Under the pieces are notes generated by a model. That model saw only the letters and a list, made by a program, of their open reading frames with translations, was not told where the DNA came from and made no database searches. The position numbers were made by a program, and so were the translations under genes. Shown in pieces: positions 36,222 through 40,727 of a stretch of DNA of 40,727 nt. Position 1 is the stretch's first letter; every line of letters begins with the position of its first letter. The DNA is taken from assembly GCA_021202495.1 (NCBI GenBank), contig JAJQCX010000087.1, positions 1 through 40,727 of the forward strand, given 5' to 3'. Source of the stretch: Clostridia bacterium. Its GTDB lineage: Bacteria > Bacillota > Clostridia > UMGS1883.

Positions 36222-37322
36222 TCACGCTTCAAACTCCAAACTGCTGTTCTGCTGCTGCAGCAAAAACATAGCCTTTTGCGTTTCTATTTCCGCTCTCAAT
36301 TCTTCCTCGGTCGGCAAATATAATTTATATTTTGAAGCAAAAAGCTGCTCGCTGCCGTGCATTACCGAATATCGCGCTATGTCCTCATCGGTATCGGAGC
36401 AAAGCACAATTCCAATCGTTGGGTTGTCGCCCTCGCTGCGTTTCATCTCGTCGTACATTCTAATATACATATCCATTTGCCCGACATCCTGATGTGTGAT
36501 TTTCTGCGTTTTCAAATCTATCAATACAAAGCATTTCAAAATGTAATTATAAAACACAAGGTCAATATAGTAATCCTGCTTTTCCGTATGAATGTGCTGC
36601 TGACGCGCGACAAAAGCATATCCTTTGCCAAGCTCCATGAGAAATTTTTGCAAATTCGACAAAATACTTGTCTCAAGCTCGCTTTCCGTGAAATCCGCAT
36701 CGGACGACATTCCCAAAAATTCCGCTATGACAGGATTTTTGATAAATTCAAGCTTGTCTGACCGATACTCCGCCGTCAAATTTTTCATTTCCTTTTCAAC
36801 TGTCTCCCGATTTTGAGATCGGAGCATACGATAATAATACTGTGACGAAACATTGCGCTGCAGCGTCCTCACGCTCCAACCTTCCGACGCTGCTTCCTTT
36901 TCATACCAAGCGCGGGCATTTTCGTCTTTAACCTGCAACAGAATTGCATAGTGTGACCATGACAGCAGCCCTGCAGATTTTCCAGACACCGTCTGGAAAA
37001 TCTCCGGATAGGCTTTATAAAACGAATAAAAATTATATAAATTTGATTTTGTAAATCCTTTGCCAAACTCCGCGGTAAGCTCCTTTGACAGCTTTTTTAT
37101 AACCTCCGCACCGTATTCGGCGCGGTTTTCGCCCTGCATTTCTTCGCTCGCAATCCTAAACCCAAGAAGCCAATTTCTGCGCACAAGCAAAGTGTTGACC
37201 GCTTGATAAGCCGATTTTTGCGCAGACTCGATTATCCCGCACATATCCTTCAAAATGTCGTCTGTTTTGACAAAATCATTCATAATGTTGTTTGCGCCAA
37301 TGTTTGCCGGCTTTGTATCCAT
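36222..37322 (-). CDS. YhcG/DUF1016 family PD-(D/E)XK nuclease-domain protein
   Basis: RAEYGAEVIKKLS, LSWSHY, WSVRTLQRNV, FLMELGKGYAFVARQ, YIDLVFYN, LIDLK and GQMDMY. Confidence 0.92.
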   Translation of the reverse strand: MDTKPANIGANNIMNDFVKTDDILKDMCGIIESAQKSAYQAVNTLLVRRNWLLGFRIASEEMQGENRAEYGAEVIKKLSKELTAEFGKGFTKSNLYNFYSFYKAYPEIFQTVSGKSAGLLSWSHYAILLQVKDENARAWYEKEAASEGWSVRTLQRNVSSQYYYRMLRSQNRETVEKEMKNLTAEYRSDKLEFIKNPVIAEFLGMSSDADFTESELETSILSNLQKFLMELGKGYAFVARQQHIHTEKQDYYIDLVFYNYILKCFVLIDLKTQKITHQDVGQMDMYIRMYDEMKRSEGDNPTIGIVLCSDTDEDIARYSVMHGSEQLFASKYKLYLPTEEELRAEIETQKAMFLLQQQNSSLEFEA

Positions 37323-37476
37323 AATGCTTCTCTCCCCGTTTTGTAAAATGAAACGCTTTAAAGCCCCATGCCGGTATCAATATTACACCGCGCAAAGCGC
37401 CGGTGTGGTCAAAAAACCTTGTTTCATTCTCCTTGCTCTTCCTTGGGAAGCACTGATTAATTAACGCCTAACGGCT

Positions 37477-37600
37477 TGGCACACATCTCGCTTGCGTATT
37501 TTCCGTCATTGGGGCACAAGAAATCCCTCGTGAATACACAAAGTATTCACTCGAAATTTTTGCACAATCTGACGAAAAATCCGACGGCGCGATACACCGC
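37477..37600. repeat. Long imperfect palindrome (MITE/REP-like intergenic element)
   Basis: ATTTTCCGTCA...GTGAATAC-acaaa-GTATTCAC...TGACGAAAAAT nested inverted symmetry. Confidence 0.6.
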
Positions 37601-37605
37601 CTACA

Positions 37606-38109
37606 TCAATCAGCGCTTCCCCTTATCCGCCGCAAAAACGGCTTTTCCAAGATTCGTTTGAATTTTATGAATTTCCCCTCGCCCTCGGGCGTTATCGGCT
37701 CCACAAGCACGCTCAAGCACCCCGCACGGTTCGCGCCCCAAACGTCGGTAAATATCTGATCGCCTATCGCGGCGATTTTACTTTTTTGCACACTCATGCA
37801 CTCCGCCGCTTTTTCATAGCCCAACACCCGCGGCTTTAACGCCTTTGAAACGTGGTATTCAATCCCAATCCTTTCGCAAAACGGCGCAACCCTTTTCTCC
37901 GAATTGTTCGACACAACGCAGAGCTTTATGCCGTTTTGCCGCATGTCCTCCAAAAAGAGCTTCACCCTCTCCGTCGGATTAGGGTCGTCGTGCGGCACAA
38001 GAGTGTTGTCTATATCAAGCACCACAGCCTCCATGCCTTTTTCAAGGAGCATGGAGGCAGTGATGCACGATATTGATTTCGCATATATATCGGGAAAAAA
38101 ATTTTTCAT
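37606..38109 (-). CDS. yqeG: YqeG-family HAD IIIA phosphatase
   Basis: VLDIDNTLV, VSNN, ALKP and IGDQIFTDVWGANRAG. Confidence 0.92.
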   Translation of the reverse strand: MKNFFPDIYAKSISCITASMLLEKGMEAVVLDIDNTLVPHDDPNPTERVKLFLEDMRQNGIKLCVVSNNSEKRVAPFCERIGIEYHVSKALKPRVLGYEKAAECMSVQKSKIAAIGDQIFTDVWGANRAGCLSVLVEPITPEGEGKFIKFKRILEKPFLRRIRGSAD

Positions 38110-39167
38110 CACAATCTTGCGACAACGGCGTCGCCCATTTCCTTCGTTCCGAGCGCGTCCTTTCCGCCCGCAATGTCGCCGGTTCTGAGCCCATCGGAGA
38201 GAGCCTTCTGCACCGCGTTTTCAATGCAGTCCGCCTCGTCCTTCATCGCAAAGGAGTAGCGCAGCATCATCGCAACCGAAAGTATTGTCGCCAAGGGGTT
38301 CGCGATGTTCTTACCCGCAATGTCGGGCGCCGAGCCGTGTACGGGCTCGTACATTCCGAACGTCCCCTCGCCCAAAGACGCCGACGGCAGCATACCGATT
38401 GAACCCGTTATTTGGCTTGCCTCATCGGAGAGTATGTCGCCGAAAATGTTTGATGTCGCAATAACGTCAAACTGCAGCGGATTTCTCACAAGCTGCATCG
38501 AAGCGTTGTCAACGTAGAGATAATCAACCTTAACCTCCGGGTATTTCGGCATTATATCACGCGTTACCTCGCGCCACATTCTCGACGTTTCGAGAATGTT
38601 TGCCTTGTCGACTACCGTAACGTGCTTATTTCTCTTCATCGCAATTTCAAACGCCTGAATCAAAAGACGCTCGATTTCCTTCTTTGAATAGCTCTCCGTG
38701 TCATACGCCGAGTTTCCGTCCTCGCTTCTTCCGCTCTCGCCAAAGTAAATGCCGCCCGTCAGCTCGCGCACAATCATAATGTCTATTCCGTCGCCCGTTA
38801 TCTCGCTCTTGAGCGGGCAAGCCGACGCAAGCTCCTTATACATTACCGCCGGACGCAAATTCGCATACAAGCCCAATCCTCCGCGCAAGCCCAACAGCGC
38901 CTGTTCGGGGCGAATGCCCGGGATATTGTCCCACTTGGGACCGCCGACCGCGCCCAAAAGCACGCTGTCAGCCTGCTTTGCCTTTTCAAGCGTCTCTTCG
39001 GGGAGCGGCTTTCCCGTCGCGTCAATCGCGCAGCCGCCCGCCAAAAGATATTCATAGCTGAACGTGTGACCGAACTTTTCGCCCACAGCGTCAAGCACCT
39101 TTATCGCTTCTTTTACAACCTCAACCCCGATTCCGTCTCCGGGAATAACGGCAATTTTCTTGTTCAT
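38109..39167 (-). CDS. leuB: 3-isopropylmalate dehydrogenase
   Basis: [36 protein letters not shown] and [12 protein letters not shown]. Confidence 0.97.
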   Translation of the reverse strand: MNKKIAVIPGDGIGVEVVKEAIKVLDAVGEKFGHTFSYEYLLAGGCAIDATGKPLPEETLEKAKQADSVLLGAVGGPKWDNIPGIRPEQALLGLRGGLGLYANLRPAVMYKELASACPLKSEITGDGIDIMIVRELTGGIYFGESGRSEDGNSAYDTESYSKKEIERLLIQAFEIAMKRNKHVTVVDKANILETSRMWREVTRDIMPKYPEVKVDYLYVDNASMQLVRNPLQFDVIATSNIFGDILSDEASQITGSIGMLPSASLGEGTFGMYEPVHGSAPDIAGKNIANPLATILSVAMMLRYSFAMKDEADCIENAVQKALSDGLRTGDIAGGKDALGTKEMGDAVVARL

Positions 39168-39191
39168 TTCAAAACAGTCCTTCCGAATATA

Positions 39192-39680
39192 TTAAAGTTT
39201 TTCCTTTGCGTATTTCACAAGTCCGCCCGCCGAGATTATTTCTTGAATGAATTCCGGAAACGGCGTCGTTGTATACTCTTTTCCCTTTGTCACATTCTTT
39301 ATCACGCCCGCCGAAAGGTCGGCTTCAATAATGTCGCCCGCCTCCGCGTCGTCGACGCATTCCGGCGACTCCAAAATCGGAAGTCCGATGTTTATCGAAT
39401 TGCGGTAGAAAATACGCGCGAAGCTCTTTGCTATTATCAGCGAAATGCCGCTCGCCTTTATCGCAATCGGCGCGTGCTCGCGCGACGAGCCGCAGCCGAA
39501 GTTAAAGCCGCCGACCATTATGTCGCCCTCGCTCACCTTTTCGACAAAGCTCGTGTCGATGTCCTCCATGCAGTGCGCCGCAAGCTCCTTTTCAACAGTT
39601 GTATTCAAATATCTCGCCGGTATGATAACATCTGTGTCGATGTTGTCGCCGTATTTAAAAACATTGCCCTTTACATTCAT
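39192..39680 (-). CDS. leuD: 3-isopropylmalate dehydratase small subunit
   Basis: [25 protein letters not shown] and [16 protein letters not shown]. Confidence 0.95.
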   Translation of the reverse strand: MNVKGNVFKYGDNIDTDVIIPARYLNTTVEKELAAHCMEDIDTSFVEKVSEGDIMVGGFNFGCGSSREHAPIAIKASGISLIIAKSFARIFYRNSINIGLPILESPECVDDAEAGDIIEADLSAGVIKNVTKGKEYTTTPFPEFIQEIISAGGLVKYAKEKL

Positions 39681-39699
39681 GACCTTTATCCTCCTTCAC

Positions 39700-40727
39700 T
39701 CATTCCGCCGGTGCGGTTATATAGCCTGTCAGCGCGCTCGTTGCCGCAACAAGCGGACTTGCAAGGTAAACCTCACTGTCAACATGACCCATTCTTCCCA
39801 CAAAGTTGCGGTTCGTCGTCGCAATCGCGCGCTCACCGTCAGCCAAAATCCCCATGTGACCGCCCAAGCACGGCCCGCAGGTCGGCGGCGAAACAATGCA
39901 TCCCGCGTCAAGAAATACCGTGAACAGTCCCTCGTCCATCGCCTCGCGGTAAATCTTCGGCGTCGCCGGAATGATGATAACTCTCAAATTCTCCGCAACC
40001 TTTTTCCCGCGCATAACGTCGGCAGCGATTCTCAAATCCGAAAGTCTGCCGTTCGTACATGAGCCTATGACAACCTGGTCAAGCTTAACCTTAAGCTCCT
40101 CCGCCTCCTTCGCGGTCTTACCGTTCGAGGGCAAATGCGGGAACGCAACCATGTAGGGCACGTCCGCCAAATCAATCTTCATAACGCTGTCGTATTCCGC
40201 ATCGGCATCCGGCTCATACGTCTTAAATTCCTGCACTCCGACGCTTTCCATATATTCAACCGTCTTATCGTCCGAAATAAATATTCCGTTCTTCGCGCCG
40301 GCTTCAATCGCCATGTTCGCAACCGTAAATCTTTCATCCATCGAAAGCGCGCCCACGCCGTCGCCGACAAATTCCATCGACTTATAGAGCGCACCGTCAA
40401 CGCCTATTTTGGAAATAATATAAAGTATCAAATCCTTGCCGCTTACGCCCTTCTTGAATTTACCCGTAAGCTCAAACTTGATTGCCGACGGCACCTTCAT
40501 CCACGCCTTTCCCTTCGCCATGCCGATAGCCATGTCCGAGCTGCCGACGCCACATTACAACTAGATCACCGCGCACTAAGTAAAATTATACGAATCCGCG
40601 CCGATTATGGCGTCGCCCGCCTTGACAATGCCTTTCTCCGGCAAAATCGCGTGCTCAACGCCCGCGCAGCCGCCCTCAAAAAACTTCTTTATCCCGTGCT
40701 TTTGTGCAAATTCACGCACTCTCTTAC
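39700..40727 (-). CDS. leuC: 3-isopropylmalate dehydratase large subunit (5' part outside the window; interrupted by in-frame stops at 40552-40590 as sequenced)
   Basis: GVEHAILPE...[30 protein letters not shown] and [11 protein letters not shown]. The frame is continuous to the window end apart from a 13-codon corrupted block. Confidence 0.9.

Noticed and set aside
40552-40590. Diversity-generating retroelement variable region
   Set aside because: Inferred changes hit C and G positions rather than only adenines; no reverse transcriptase or template repeat in the window

Overview
A 40.7-kb chromosomal segment from a Clostridia-like Firmicute, judged from strong GGAGG RBSs, sigma-A consensus promoters, a sigma-G-like promoter and the ylm/divIVA cluster. 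The right half (~16.4-40.7 kb) is a long minus-strand housekeeping run: leuC-leuD-leuB-yqeG-[DUF1016 insert]-aroE/aroK fusion-yggS-sepF-ylmH-divIVA-ileS-lspA-rluD-pyrB-pyrC-pyrF-pyrK-pyrD-pyrE-metG-tatD-[LRR + SEC-C insert]-TatD-associated radical SAM gene. The left half is more accessory. It holds mscL, a HAD hydrolase, an AI-2E/TetR pair, a GtrII-like glucosyltransferase, a Schlafen(AlbA_2)-type gene plus an AAA/DUF4143 gene with striking upstream repeat and palindrome structures, feoAB, an AT-rich surface-protein cassette with an XRE regulator, toxin-antitoxin-like remnants and pgm. Strongest unannotated signals: (1) a type I toxin-like 23-aa peptide with an SD-sequestering leader (14-85); (2) a free-standing promoter-structured RNA-terminator unit (~13330-13480); (3) a 65-bp two-hairpin repeat with compensatory changes in front of pyrB and sepF; (4) an A7 tract that puts a lipoprotein out of frame with its best start; (5) a length-preserving 39-bp corrupted block with three stops inside leuC. 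No rRNA, tRNA, CRISPR array, integrase or transposase was recognised. All family assignments come from motif recognition, not database searches.
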